A stretch of DNA of 64,000 nt from Eledone cirrhosa (Eukaryota), in the NCBI GenBank assembly GCA_964016885.1, contig OZ024745.1, forward strand, positions 100,564,001-100,628,000. The letters run 5' to 3'. The notes under the pieces were generated by a model that was not told where the DNA came from, ran no database searches, and saw only the letters and a list, made by a program, of their open reading frames with translations. Positions 13,820 to 27,582 of the stretch are shown here, in pieces (position 1 is the first letter of the stretch; each line of letters begins with the position of its first letter). Made by a program: the position numbers and the translations under genes.

Positions 13820-14344
13820 TAGAAAGGATGAATATAAAATGAAAGTGCTTTTTTTATAAAGGGAATTTATTAGGTATTGACATATGTTTCTGTAACAGAC
13901 TGAATACCTATGTATCGCTGCTTGCGTAATCATATAATGTTAGCAAGTATTCGATAGCAAATGTATAATCAGTTGTCACTTCTTCAGAGATTTTGGATAA
14001 ATTGGATAAAATCAGAAAAATTGAAGTATTTATATTAGTAATAGAGGAAGAAACAGAGGGGATAGTATATGACAGATGGTAAATTAATTTACTGCTAAAC
14101 AAGTATATAATGGGTTTCTAATGAGAATACCATGAGTAAATCTAAATAAGAATTTTGAGAGTGCCAATTTATCCAAAATCTCTGAAGAAGTGACAACTGA
14201 TTATACATTTGCTATCGAATACTTGCTAACATTATATGATTACGCAAGCAGCGATACATAGGTATTCAGTCTGTTACAGAAACATATGTCAATACCTAAT
14301 AAATTCCCTTTATAAAAAAAGCACTTTCATTTTATATTCATCCT

Positions 14345-14349
<5 letters not shown>
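13820..14349. repeat. Long inverted repeat: 186-bp arms (13820-14005 / 14164-14349) with 158-bp spacer, ending at (TA)n
   Basis: Arms appear to be exact reverse complements; right arm contains GGTATT...GAAA-CATATG-TC-AATACC (hammerhead stem I/III remnant). Confidence 0.9.
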
Positions 14350-14385
<36 letters not shown>

Positions 14386-14387
<2 letters not shown>

Positions 14388-15545
14388 AACCTAGTCATGT
14401 GATACCTGGAAATCACCCTCTACACTAAAGTACTAAACAAATTTGGAAACACTCTCCACTTACACATAGAAAGGAACTGGAAGCGTAATCTAGATGACTG
14501 CTTCATCCTTTGGCACGAAAACATCGAGAAACTTAAAGAATTTCACACCCTTATAAATGGGCTCAACACGAATATTAACTTCACGATGGAATACAGCCAT
14601 CAACAACTCCCCTTCCTCGACATCCTCATTAAGATTCATAACAAAAAATAGAAACAGACATATACTACAAGCCCACAGACTCCAAGCAATATCTTCCTTT
14701 CAACTCTTGCCACCCTAGACACGTTAAAATTAATATTCCCTACAACTTAGCCAAGAGAATCTGTACTATAGTCTCCAATAAAAACACCTGTTACTTACGG
14801 CTACAAGAACTAAAGGACACACTCATGGTCAGGGACTACCCTGCATCACTAATTGATAATGGAATCCAACGTGCCCTAAAACTCAGTACCCAGGACCTTA
14901 GACACCCTAAAGTAAATCAACCGAAACTAAAAGCTCTTCGATACATCTCCACACACAACCCCTCAACAATGAGGCCTTTGACACCATCCTCCAGAACATC
15001 CCTGTGTTAAAAAAGGGCCATAGAATGAACCAAATCCTGCGAACACACGATATCATAAAGAGCAAAAGACAATCTAAGTCAACGAAAAACATCCTAACAC
15101 ATTCCAAAGTACTGCCAACCACAACAACGAAACCCACAGTAAAAAAATGTGATAGACCCAACTGTGGCATATGCATCAACCTAATAGAGGGTTCGGAATT
15201 CTATTTCAAAGAAGGAAAACGTTTTATAGTAAAACACAATTTCACATGCGCATCAGAAAATCTAATATATGTATTAACTTGCTCAGGTTGTCGAGAACAA
15301 TACATAGGCCAGACCAAAAACAGCCTCCGCCAATGCGTGACTGTCCATAGATCCCAAATTAAAATACGGGAATACAGGAAAATACCACTCAGTGAACACA
15401 TTGATACCTGTGCCGCCCAAAATCATCCCAACTTCAGAATCTTTCCCTCTACAAATTTAAAGATAATGCGACCCACACCCAACGCATCAGCAAGGAATCT
15501 CACTTTATTAACAAATACGAACCCGGTCTAAACACTTCTCCCTAA
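14386..15545 (+). mobile_element. Penelope-like element remnant (RT C-terminal half and GIY-YIG endonuclease), frameshifted
   Basis: WKRNLDDCF, LPFLD, YYKPTDSKQYL.F.SCHP motifs; ORF 15004-15531 has C..PNCGIC...NLIYVLTCSGCREQYIGQT...H...H; begins directly after (TA)n. Confidence 0.92.
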
Positions 15546-16209
15546 GACGAACCCACGACATACACACGTCAACATACATACCTACATCCGCATACATCCT
15601 ACATACATCTCTATCCACATATAAACACAATGACATACGTAAACACACATGTTCTATGGTGCAACACAAATATACACAAATTTGCATACCTTTTGATGTC
15701 TATAGATATAAACGTGCCGACACACACACATACATATACGCACACATGCATTGCACACTGATAGGCACATACATATTTATACACAAGTATTCCAATACGG
15801 CAAGGCCTAATGGATTCCCCTTGCAGTACGTACAATCTGGACACTCACACACACCTTGGTCTTATGCCAATACTATATATCATTTCATACCTTTTATTAT
15901 TAAGGTTTTTGATGTTCTATTGAGAGAACCGTTTTTACTGAAAATATCGAATATTGTACACCATTTTTACCAGTATCACAAAAATACTGGTCCACCCTCA
16001 CACACACAGACATTCTCACACACACACACACATATATATATACACACACACATACACACGCGTACATTAACATACAAAGAGACATATACACACACACACT
16101 TCTCCGTATAAGACAAGAGCTGAAAAATATCTTTTAACATGTTAAAATATCCCCCACACACGTACAGACACATTCCTACTGACCGATCCCTCTACCACGA
16201 ATTACTCTG

Positions 16210-16270
<61 letters not shown>

Positions 16271-16791
16271 TCTAAATAGGCATTTGAACTGTCAGCAGGC
16301 TGCGGTTCGCACACACATCCCTACTGACCATTATCACAACAACGAACCTCTTTACTACTATTACACACACACACACACACACACATATTTGTCTTGAAAT
16401 ACTTATTTTTCAGTGACTTCTCAATGAGCCGAAACAAACCTACATTTGGCGCAAAATCAATTTTTAACATTCACATGATCTCTACCGACCAATCAAAATT
16501 GTTTTGACCATAAGAATTTTTTCATACATCTGGAGCCACTTTTTTTACATAAAACAGGTAGAATTTCCAAAACTAATCAGATTAGAGCAAACATCACGGG
16601 CGCTCTATCTCAAAATTATTTTTGAAAAGCATGAGAAATGCGCAACCTGTAAAACTTAAAACCAAAACTGAATACTAACCAATACTATTACTAATTTTTA
16701 CTTATTCCTAATTAAACTATTTTTCACTGGGAACAATTTGTCAGCATTTTCTTTTCCTTTTACCAATATATATATATATATATATATATAA

Positions 16792-17187
<396 letters not shown>

Positions 17188-17469
17188 TAATTGGAAAATA
17201 GTAAAATCGAATCTCTGGCGGTTTGCAAGTAAATTCGGCCTACTTATATGAAATGATAAGTTAGCAAAGCACTCGATAAGTTGGGGCCTTAGAACATACG
17301 TTTAAATAGCTTGACAAATCGAACATCGTGGTAGGCGAATCTAACACACAATATATACCAAAGTAAGGATAGAACTATATATATATATACATATATATAT
17401 CCTTATCGAGCCCTCTTTGGATTTTAGTCTTCAAATTTATTATTATTACTATATATATATATATATATG

Positions 17470-17990
17470 TTTTTAGCCTAAGAAAATATATCTATATGCC
17501 TATGTATATAATTACAAGCATACATTTATTTTCTTTAATTAATTGAGTTCTTTACACGAGGAATTGATATTAGTTTTGAAATAACTAATTAACCCGCGTG
17601 TGTTTTATATTTTACTCTTAATTCGGCCGGAGATTTGCCATCCCATTTGCCCTTTAAAGTATAACTTTCTATATTTACTGCGGTTATGAGATGCGGTTCT
17701 TATTCGGGTACAACTTCTGATTTTAGCCTAAGAAAATATCTATATGCGTGTGTAATTTATACACGCATATATTTATTTTTTTTATTTTCAATTGAGTTCT
17801 TAACACGTTGGATTGATAATGTTTTCGAAAAAACTAATTAACCCGCGTGTATATTATTTTTTTTTCCTCCTTTCGTGGATCGTAGTTGTCTCCCCTTCCC
17901 GCTTCGTGGCGCAATGATACTTCCTCAGTCAAAAACTGCTGGAATTCAAATTTCGCGGTCATTCGATGCGGGAAGGAGCAACTTAACAGA
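17470..17990. repeat. Non-coding repeat with an internal ~135-bp direct duplication (17470-17610 / 17721-17850)
   Basis: TTTTAGCCTAAGAAAATAT...AACTAATTAACCCGCGTGT occurs twice. Confidence 0.6.
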
Positions 17991-18344
17991 CACGATTTTT
18001 GACTGCAGTAAGAATTTCTTTCTTATATCAAAGTTTAATGGGCTTCCACTGATGATTTATAAGCGCCCACCTAAATATAGTCTTACATGAATATATATTA
18101 GGCTTCTACATAAACTGGAAATATTCTCCCAACTTGTAGAAAATTTATAATGAAACAATTATATCTCGTAAAATAATACAACTGGTTTTTCCACATTATA
18201 CATATTGTTAGCACCCCAAACAATTAAATTGGGTTTATATTTAAATATAACCTAATGTTTGTTGAGTGAGATGGTTACCAGTCAGAGTTTAGCTTTACAC
18301 TATCTCTGTTATTGTATTAATTATATATATATATATATATATAT

Positions 18345-18529
18345 TAAAACGCTGCTTTCACCCTTAACGGGACCTTCTGAAGATCCCGTTAAGGGTGAAA
18401 CCAGCGATTCTTTGCTTAAACTTTAATATGTTATTTTAATAAATATTTGCTCTACGGTTCTTATATATTTGATATATATTTATCCTTATTGAGCCCTCTT
18501 TGGATTTTACTCTTCAAATTTATTATTTT

Positions 18530-18533
<4 letters not shown>
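18345..18533 (+). mobile_element. Short (TA)n-embedded fold-back element with hammerhead-like core; relatives at ~17401, 23272, 32208-32404, 51345-51410, 52022-52066, 54508-54622, 56410-56553
   Basis: Palindrome 18350-18406 with apex in CTGAAGA-TCCC(GTTAA)GGGT-GAAA; shared tail GAGCCCTCTTTGGATTTTAGTCTTCAAATTTATTATT in most copies. Confidence 0.75.
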
Positions 18534-18578
<45 letters not shown>

Positions 18579-18591
18579 CATATATATACAT

Positions 18592-18695
<104 letters not shown>

Positions 18696-18706
18696 TATAT
18701 ATATAA

Positions 18707-18786
<80 letters not shown>

Positions 18787-18821
18787 AAGAAGTTGACGGA
18801 CCCGGCTTACTTAACGATGCC

Positions 18822-18857
<36 letters not shown>

Positions 18858-19589
18858 TTAAGTGTGTAAATGGACCTCCGTCAGGTTTGACGATGAGTGC
18901 TTCAGTTATTCGATCAGCAGAATAGTTTGCTAATGAAATTAACAGGTAAATGCTTGAGTATTCCTCAGACACTTAACCTTTAACGTAAGTCTTTGTGAGA
19001 ATGGCAGGCGCATGTACGCCGATGTAGATATGCTGTTTAGATATACGTGTCCCTAGAAAAGAAAATTACGGTTGTGAATTCATTTACAACTAGCTTCATA
19101 TAATATTTTGTTATATCGAATCAACACAGAAACATCTCTGCGATCGCTTGATCTGTTAAAAATAGCAGCAAATATTCCTCATAACTTACCCTGGAGTCTC
19201 TAAAGGTGAGAAAGTTTTGGACCATATAGCATGGAATATACAAAAAGATGGGATGATCGATGAGAGATGATCAGGACTTAAACAACAATATTCTTTTGTG
19301 ATCACGAAAATAATCTTTAGTCGAGGCCACATGAAATATATTTACATTCATTTCTTGAGAAGAGAGAAAAAATGTAATAGCGACAACAAAATAGTCTGCT
19401 CTACTTAGATACCAAGGTATTTACAAGTTAGTAAATGTCAGGCATTGTAGACTTTATCTTACATATTTTGTAAAGTCACAACAAAAACATTCCTTTCGTG
19501 CAAAGGATATCAAAAACAAAATTGAAATGAAAGAAAGAAAAAAAGCAATGGGCAAATAGTTCATGGATTTGTAAATTGATAAACCCAGC

Positions 19590-20010
19590 TCGAGCCGGTG
19601 GGGCTGGATCGAGGGGACGGCAAAAGGCCAGATGGCTTGACCATCTTCCCGTTCCGTGGTGGCAAACACCTCGTCTGGGATGCCACTGACATTTTCTGCA
19701 GCCGCAACCTGGTGCAGTCTGCGACTGACGCAAGTTCTGCTGCACGTCGGGCTGAGGGGGCTAAACTCCTCAAATACCGGTCGCTCTCCGACAGGTTTGA
19801 GGTCGTACCCCTGGCAGCGGAGACTTCTGGTGTCCTCGGCCACAGGGCTACCTCCTTATTCACTACCATAGGCGCTGAGCTGGCCAGACGCAGGTGTAAA
19901 CCCCGCGAGTTGGAGTGTCTCTTCCAGCGCGTCTCCCTCGCCGTCCTGCGGGGAAACGCTTCTCCATTCTGCCCGCCGGGGATGTGGGTGGGGCCCATCG
20001 CGTACCGTTC
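19590..20010 (+). mobile_element. CRE/NeSL-type non-LTR retrotransposon 3' end (restriction-like endonuclease domain)
   Basis: GLDRGDGKRPDGLTIFPFRGGKHLVWDAT...AE..K..KY...F.PLAAETSG...LFQRVSLAVLRGNA matches the PD-(D/E)xK RLE pattern; GC-rich island. Confidence 0.85.
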
Positions 20011-20459
20011 TAGTTGTTGTAGAAGAAACAGGAAGACAACAACTGGAAAGTTTGAAGCACCAGGTGCATAATGAGAAAGTTAAATCCCCACAAATTCTTA
20101 ATTATTCTTTTTAATATTTGAAAATTATAGACAGCGTCTTTCATTGGAAATATTTTAATGAAAAGGTTAAAGATATTGGCAGTGTCTCTCATTAGAAATA
20201 TGGTAATGAAAGGCTTAATAACATAGGCAGTATCTTTCATTAGCGATAGAGTAGGCTTGAAAACAGTGATATATGTTTATGGCGTCGTTCCGATTCCCCA
20301 CGTAGCCATTTTCTCGCTTGTGGCATTATTGTCCATCAGAAAGCTATAAACGCTCCACAATGTCCATTTCCTTTATGCTTTAAATCTCGCGACATATCCT
20401 CAGTATTGTTTACTATAAAATTAATGTTAAAGTTATAATAGGGGAGAGAGAGAGAGATA

Positions 20460-20526
<67 letters not shown>

Positions 20527-22813
20527 CGCGAGGGGGAGAGAGAAAGAAAGACAGAGAGAGGTAGAAAGAAAGGGGGGAGAAAAAAAGGAGAGAGAGAGTG
20601 ACGGAGGAATAGAACAGCAAGAAAGGAAGGAAAGACAAAAAGATAGAAATTTATAAATTGAAGTAGATCCAGTAGATTCTAGTATAGAAAATGCTTCAAC
20701 ACATTTTAGCAAAATGCATCAATATAAATTTTAGCTTATTAGTGTTTTAAAATATCTACATATTATTATACTGTAGTAATACACAGACGTACTTATACAC
20801 GCGTGCATACATGCATATATATATACATCTATACATACACACATACATACATACACATATATACCTAATTATATACATACATACATACATACATAAACAC
20901 ATATATATATATACATACGTACATATATACCTACATATATGATGGCTGCAAACTCTGCTAAGAGTACTGCAATCGCTTATCAGATTATAGAGTTTGGTGC
21001 GTTTTTAGGCAACGACCAGTCACACAAACCTGTAACATGTCCTGAACAAGCAATGCCTGTGCTTTGAAGGTTTTTTAAGTGGGGAAAGGCCTTCCACTCG
21101 ACCAATCCCACTCTCTGAGCCTCGAAAACACTACCCGAAAAGATGAACTGGTTAACATCATCGGATGCTTCCGAAGCCACGGGTTTTTTTTCTCAGAGTT
21201 TCCCTCTCCTAGACAGGTGTTGTCACAACAACTGGGGGCCTTTCACTCCCAGGTTGAAAGAAAAAGGGAAAAAAAGTACTACTTGGATTGCCATTGACTC
21301 TGCTGATTTCCTCGGCCCTTTGCCGGGTCTTGTATTTCATCATGCAGGGTGTCCAAATATCACCCTCCTCACCAAGCTAGCTTCGTGGGGTTGCTGGTTT
21401 AGTCGCCGACGACCTAACCATGAAACAGGTTCTATTGGGTTACGTATTATAAGTAGCACTCGAGAGCGACCTGACATAAAATATACATAGATATGTACAT
21501 ACATACATGGTGGCTGCCAACTCGTGTTCGAGTACAGCCACCACTTTATATCCATGTAGGAGAACCCCTACTGATGCGCTGAACGAGTGTGACTTTTTAG
21601 TCCAGCCAGCGACTTGAAAACTCTGGTACAAACACTACACTTGTGACAATTATTGACACATAGTGCTGGGCCCATGGTACCATGTAACCACAAGTGCAGA
21701 GAGATCTCCAGATACAAAGCAATGCCTGTGCAGTGAAGCTTTTATAGTGAGCAAAGGCACTGCACAAAACCAGTCCCACTCTCTTAACCAAGATGATATT
21801 TACCAAAAAGAAGAACAATTCAACATCATTGGATACCATCAGGGTTGCAGGTGTTATATCAGAGTTTTCCTTCTCCTAGAATTCTGCCTTGACAAAGGCT
21901 AAGGGGTCATCTCTCCCAGTGATTCTCAATTGATCAAGCAGATATGCTACGTTAGTTACTTTGGGAGGTAGGTGTCTTATACAGAACTAGTTTCTGTTTC
22001 AGTCGTTGGGGAATTCATCAGAAGGCTGGTTGACACAACTAGTTCATTACCTACATACAAGACTTACTGGACAATGTTTAATATAGGAGTGGGTGCAAGG
22101 GCCTTGTTTCGAAAGGGGGGCCGAGGGACACACACACACACCTTTTCAAACGTCTATGTTTTATTTATTGTTTATTTGATACAATAAATTCTTTTTAAGC
22201 TTATTTTTTTTATATCCGAACTTCATTTGAATATATAAAATTTAATTAGCGTAAAATTTCACTTGTGTGATAGGGTCCGGGAAATGCACCATAAGCAATA
22301 CTAACATGTTCCTTTAAGAATCAACAAATGTTGGTTTTTCCCCTTCACATTTTAAAGGTAAACGAGGCTCCTGAGTGGGTGCAAGACCCAGCCTGAATAT
22401 ATACCATGCAGTTACAATCTCGGTACATTTCTCTTCCTGTGAATCATGGCCTGTGTACAGTAAATACGCCAAATGGCTGAATCATTTTCACACCACATCT
22501 TTGCAGAAGGTTTTTAATTGAATGACGAAACACGATCGCTTTATATTATTATTTTCCTTTTACTTTATTATTATATATTTTAACTATTGTTTATATTTTT
22601 TTGCTTTTGTGTGCCCTCACGTGCTTCTGCATCTTGAAAAAAATCTGCCTGTACCATTGCATTTAGCTGTAGTGCTGAATAACAACCCCACTATGCACTC
22701 CCTCAATACTCGCCATTTCAGATCTCTCTCTTGTTGCCCTCTATTGTATTTTTTATGTTCGTGTGACGAAGCTCGGTAGAGCCTATACTCAGCATTGTAA
22801 TTTTATTTTTAAA

Positions 22814-22858
22814 GCTCTGATGATTCTTGCCCAATGGTATGGATGAAACATTGTTAGC
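22814..22858 (+). ncRNA. Minimal type I hammerhead ribozyme
   Basis: GCT-CTGATGA-TTCTTGCC(CAAT)GGTATGGAT-GAAA-CATTG-TT-AGC. Confidence 0.65.
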
Positions 22859-23736
22859 AAATAAAAATTGTATGAGTATGTAGGCGTTCTTTGATTTCTT
22901 TTACATATAACGGCTCTGTTGTTGTACATTGAGCTTATACAATACTGTCACAAATACGACACGGTGCAGGTGCGTTTATGCGCACACGCTCAGTGGTCTA
23001 AGTTTTTATATATAAAAAAAAAAAAAATATATATATAATCACCTACTAGAATATTAGTCTACGACTTCATTTATACCATAAACGTGGTTTTGTCTTTGCG
23101 TGTATTTGTTTTCACCGCTCCAAATAATGACGTATTATCTTCGTTTTTTCCGTTCTTTGCCAGGAAACGTTTCCACGAACCAAAGTATCGTCTTCCTGTC
23201 TTCCTTCGGTTGCAACGTTTTTCGAAATATTTACTTCTGCGTTCACAGATTGATTTTTTTAGTGTCAGAAGATCCCGTTAAGGGTGAAAGCAGTCGTACC
23301 CGGCGTTGCACGAGATAAGGTATTTTGGAATGCGGGAGGCCGCCAACAGACCTAATCATGGAAAAACTGCATGCCTGGACAATATGTAAAGAAAATAAAC
23401 TGAATACTCTGATGGCTGGCTAATCTTTAAGATTTTCCTCGATGAAGAAGGAAAAATGCAGGTTTTCACCTAATACGGACCCTAGGGAATCAAGATAATA
23501 CATTTTTTTAATGTGCATAATATGCCTTGAAATTCCGGGAAAATCGGCTAGACGTAATGCCTCCATAAAGCCCTAAAAAGCTTAAAAGACGCAGTTTGTC
23601 ACCTAATCCGGGCGCTAGGAGATGAAAAAGTTGAATGTTTATGTGCATAACACTCCCTGAAACATAAGTAATACACATGTAAAGTTTGAAAAAAATCGGT
23701 TGGGTACTTCTCGAGTTTTAGGGAATCAAACTCACA

Positions 23737-23831
<95 letters not shown>

Positions 23832-23970
23832 ATATATATATATAACGAAGGAAGTGTGGCAAGGAACCAGATGGACCATAACTTACCAGAGTACTCAATA
23901 TTTAGTGTAGTTGAGTCCAGAAATAGCCGTCGAAACGGCTTAAGCTCTGCCGTCGGGGTCTCGAACATTG

Positions 23971-24006
<36 letters not shown>

Positions 24007-24360
24007 TGTATATATGTATATATATATATGCATATATATAATTAGTTCATTATTCTATATATTGATTTATTGCAGATAGGGAAATAAAACAGAAATCTGT
24101 TAATGAGGATCATTTAGCGGCTCCAACAGATATATAATTAAGGAATTAAACATAAATTGTTTATTTATGTCATAATTAATCCCACTGTTTTCACATGTTT
24201 TGTTACCCCGACATATCTTCTACAGCTTATATGTACCGGAAGTAAAAGCTACTAGCATTCTGTAAGATATAATGCTGTAACTCATACAGTTGTGTGTATG
24301 TCTATATATATACATATATATATATATATATTTATATATACATACAGTGATAGTTGTGTG

Positions 24361-24415
<55 letters not shown>

Positions 24416-25069
24416 TTATAGGCGGAAAATGACATACGAGTGAGGGCAGAAAGAGAAGGGGTACATATGAATGTGTTTCCACTTATTCACCCGTATCTGT
24501 TTACCAATCATCTAGGATTTACTCTTCCAGCTGTACTTTGTTGACCTAGATCGGTGTCTTTTTGAAATCTGACAGTGTAACAGTTGGTATTGAGACACTC
24601 TAAATACCTGATGATATCGCAAGATGTAGTACCACTATTTTTAGTACAAATCTCTGTCGGAGTCAACTGGTTTCTAAATTAAGTTGACAGTAATATATTA
24701 TAATAGTTGATTTATTTTCTAAACTTTGCCTTCACAGAAATTGGAACAAGATTTTTTGTCATTGTAATTCATCATGAAATTTGTTTTAACTGTAACGCTG
24801 AAAGCTGAGAAAAGACGAGTAAAAAATGGAGCCTTTATGTGGTCGCTCGAGCTTCTAGAAACAGCAGTTATAATTCACCGTACAGTCTGGAAACGGAAGG
24901 GCATAAGATAATGTAAGATATGAATACAAAAACAAAAAAGATGGATGGAATATCTTTATTCATAGATCTGCTTATTCAGAGCCCGCGTGAGGATAACCTA
25001 CAGAGAATGTATTGTAACACATACATACACTCAGACACACACACAAACGCACGCCCGAGCACGCCCGAG

Positions 25070-25106
<37 letters not shown>

Positions 25107-25368
25107 CTATATATATATATATATATATGTATATGTATATATATTATGAATATACACTTGGTTAGCACTCTGAGACAAGTTTTGCTCGATACAGGTTCAA
25201 ACTATATTGAGTAATTGTGAGCAAACGGGTTTATGGCGGAATATTCCCTTTTACCACGTCTCTCTCTCTCTCTCTCTCTCTTTCTTTCTCTCTCTCTCTC
25301 TCTCTGTATATATATATATATATATCAATAATATTAATAAATGGAAGCTATCTTTATAAAACCATATT

Positions 25369-25430
25369 TATTTTATTATATATATTTCAAGGGTACTAAC
25401 ATTTTTGGTACGCTCTCATAAGATAAAATA
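25369..25430 (-). ncRNA. Hammerhead ribozyme with one core substitution; family also at 47698 and 48215
   Basis: Reverse complement TATTTTAT-CTTATGA-GAGCGTAC...GTACCCTT-GAAA-TATATA-TA-ATAAAATA. Confidence 0.6.
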
Positions 25431-25631
25431 CAAAAGTTGGTTTATAGATAGTGATATGTCCCAAAACAAGAACTTATCGTGTTAAGTTCTGTTTGAATAG
25501 TGAAAGAAATTCAAATCTTAGGATGAATATGTTAATGAGGGTAACGTAAAGTTGAAAAAGATCGTTAGGTAAATTTAAATAATTATTAGTGTTATTTTTT
25601 AAGGGAAGAAGAGAGAGAGGTTAATATTAAT

Positions 25632-25809
25632 TGTTTCTACTTTTGGCACAAGGCCAGCAATTATCCCAGTGTATTACTAGTACTTTATTTTATCGACCCT
25701 GATGAAAGGCAAAGTTAAACTCGGCGGGATTTGAACTCAGACCATAAAGGGCCGTAACTCTTTGCTGCAAAGCATGATGTCCGACCCTCTACCGATGCTG
25801 CCAATCCAC
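25632..25809 (-). mobile_element. tRNA-derived SINE (same family as 2115)
   Basis: Reverse-complement consensus; TSD GGTTAATATTAAT. Confidence 0.9.
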
Positions 25810-26361
25810 GGTTAATATTAATATTAGGGTGTAAGAAAATTTAAGGAAAGAATATAAGAAAAAAGTATATTATAGTTAGAAATAGACTATTATTATTAAT
25901 ATATAATTGTATGGATCGTATTAATGATGGTGTAAAGAGAGTGAAATAATTATATTTATTTATTTAATTATATAATTATATATTTTGGTATAATATAATA
26001 TGAGAATTATAAATGTGTTGAAGTTGTACAATATCAATTTTAAGAGAGATACTACTAATTATTGGGTCTATTCTAATAGTAAGTTTTAATATTATAGAGA
26101 TAATATTTATAAGTATATTTTATGAAGGATTTGGGTTGTAAGTATATTTTATTTTATTATATTACAACAGGTTATTTATATAAATATTTATATAAATAAT
26201 TTGGGTGAGTATATATGTTGTTTTTATTCATAAATAGATAATTTAAATATCTTTTATTTGTGAATAGTTACGATGAATTTCTTGTATTTTATCTAATGGT
26301 TCTTTGGACTAACATCTTTATATATAGCTCTGATTAATAATTATTTGCTTCAGACACACAA

Positions 26362-26445
<84 letters not shown>

Positions 26446-26531
26446 GAACTACTGACCAAATAAGATTTGGTATGAATGGGTTAAAGACATCTGTCAAATC
26501 AATTAGTGGTGAATGTGGTGTATATATATAT

Positions 26532-26973
26532 ACTAGACCTGTAAAATTCGCAAGCTCAAAAGAGCGACAGAATGTTTTAATAAACCTTCAAAAGTGTGGG
26601 ACAAGAGTTGTTGCTCAAAAATTGTAATCATTATCTATCGTACACTCTGTGGCATTTTTTATAAAAAAGAGACTCATAACGAACTCAAGACGACGCGATA
26701 ATTATTTAAGCTAATGTTCAATATCTCATATTAGATGTTTAGTAATGATTAATACGAAATGTACTTAAACCGAATTCTATATTATGAATTCACTTAAATA
26801 ATTATCGTGTCGTGTTGAGTTCGTTATGAGTCTCTTTTTTATAAAAGGATGCCACAGAATGTACGATAGATATTGATTACAATATTTTTGAGCAACAACT
26901 CTAGTCCCACACTTTTGAAGGTTTATTATAACATTCTGTGGTCTTTTGAGCTTGCGCATTTTTCAGGTATAGT
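26532..26973. mobile_element. MITE/foldback element with ~190-bp imperfect terminal inverted repeats
   Basis: ACTAGACCTG...CAGGTATAGT termini; arms ~26532-26725 and ~26779-26973 are diverged reverse complements. Confidence 0.8.
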
Positions 26974-27502
26974 TTAATATTTTTTAAAGGCAACACTTGT
27001 AATAACACTAGTTAAACATGATATATATTAATAATAAATTATCGTTGTAATGTAATTAGATTATATGATTGTTATTTTATAAATGATCTTATAAATATTA
27101 TTGTAAGATGTATAAAAATATTTTCAGACTTTTAATAGTTAATATAAATTTAAAAAATCATATATAAATTAACAATATAACTTACCAAAACGAGAAAAAT
27201 ATTTTGATGATAAACGACGAAATACTGGAGGAAGATTCGAAAGCGAAACGATAAATAAACGTGGAAACAAAGTGGCGGATGCTTTTGAGCTACAATTACT
27301 CTCGTTGGTTGATAAGCCAATAAGACGATACATTACAAAAGATGTTTGGGAGGCATCACCACGGCCAGCGATACCCCTTGAATTTTTTATTCACAAGCTA
27401 CGCATGTATATCAGACACGCAGACTTAAAACATTCTGTTGTTAGTCACTGCGTGTCTAACAGATATATATATAGAGAGAGAGATAGACACACACACATAT
27501 AT

Positions 27503-27565
<63 letters not shown>

Positions 27566-27582
27566 TGAGAGTGAAAGATCAA

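Noticed and set aside
20940-22400. Moderately GC-rich stretch with several 60-115 aa ORFs
   Set aside because: No recognisable domain; internal similarity (21105-21215 vs 21768-21880) suggests decayed repeats that I cannot classify
24603-24640. CTGATGA followed by a hairpin; similar weak cases at ~16620, 29955, 32829 and 60044
   Set aside because: GAAA, stem III or stem I missing or too decayed to call as hammerheads
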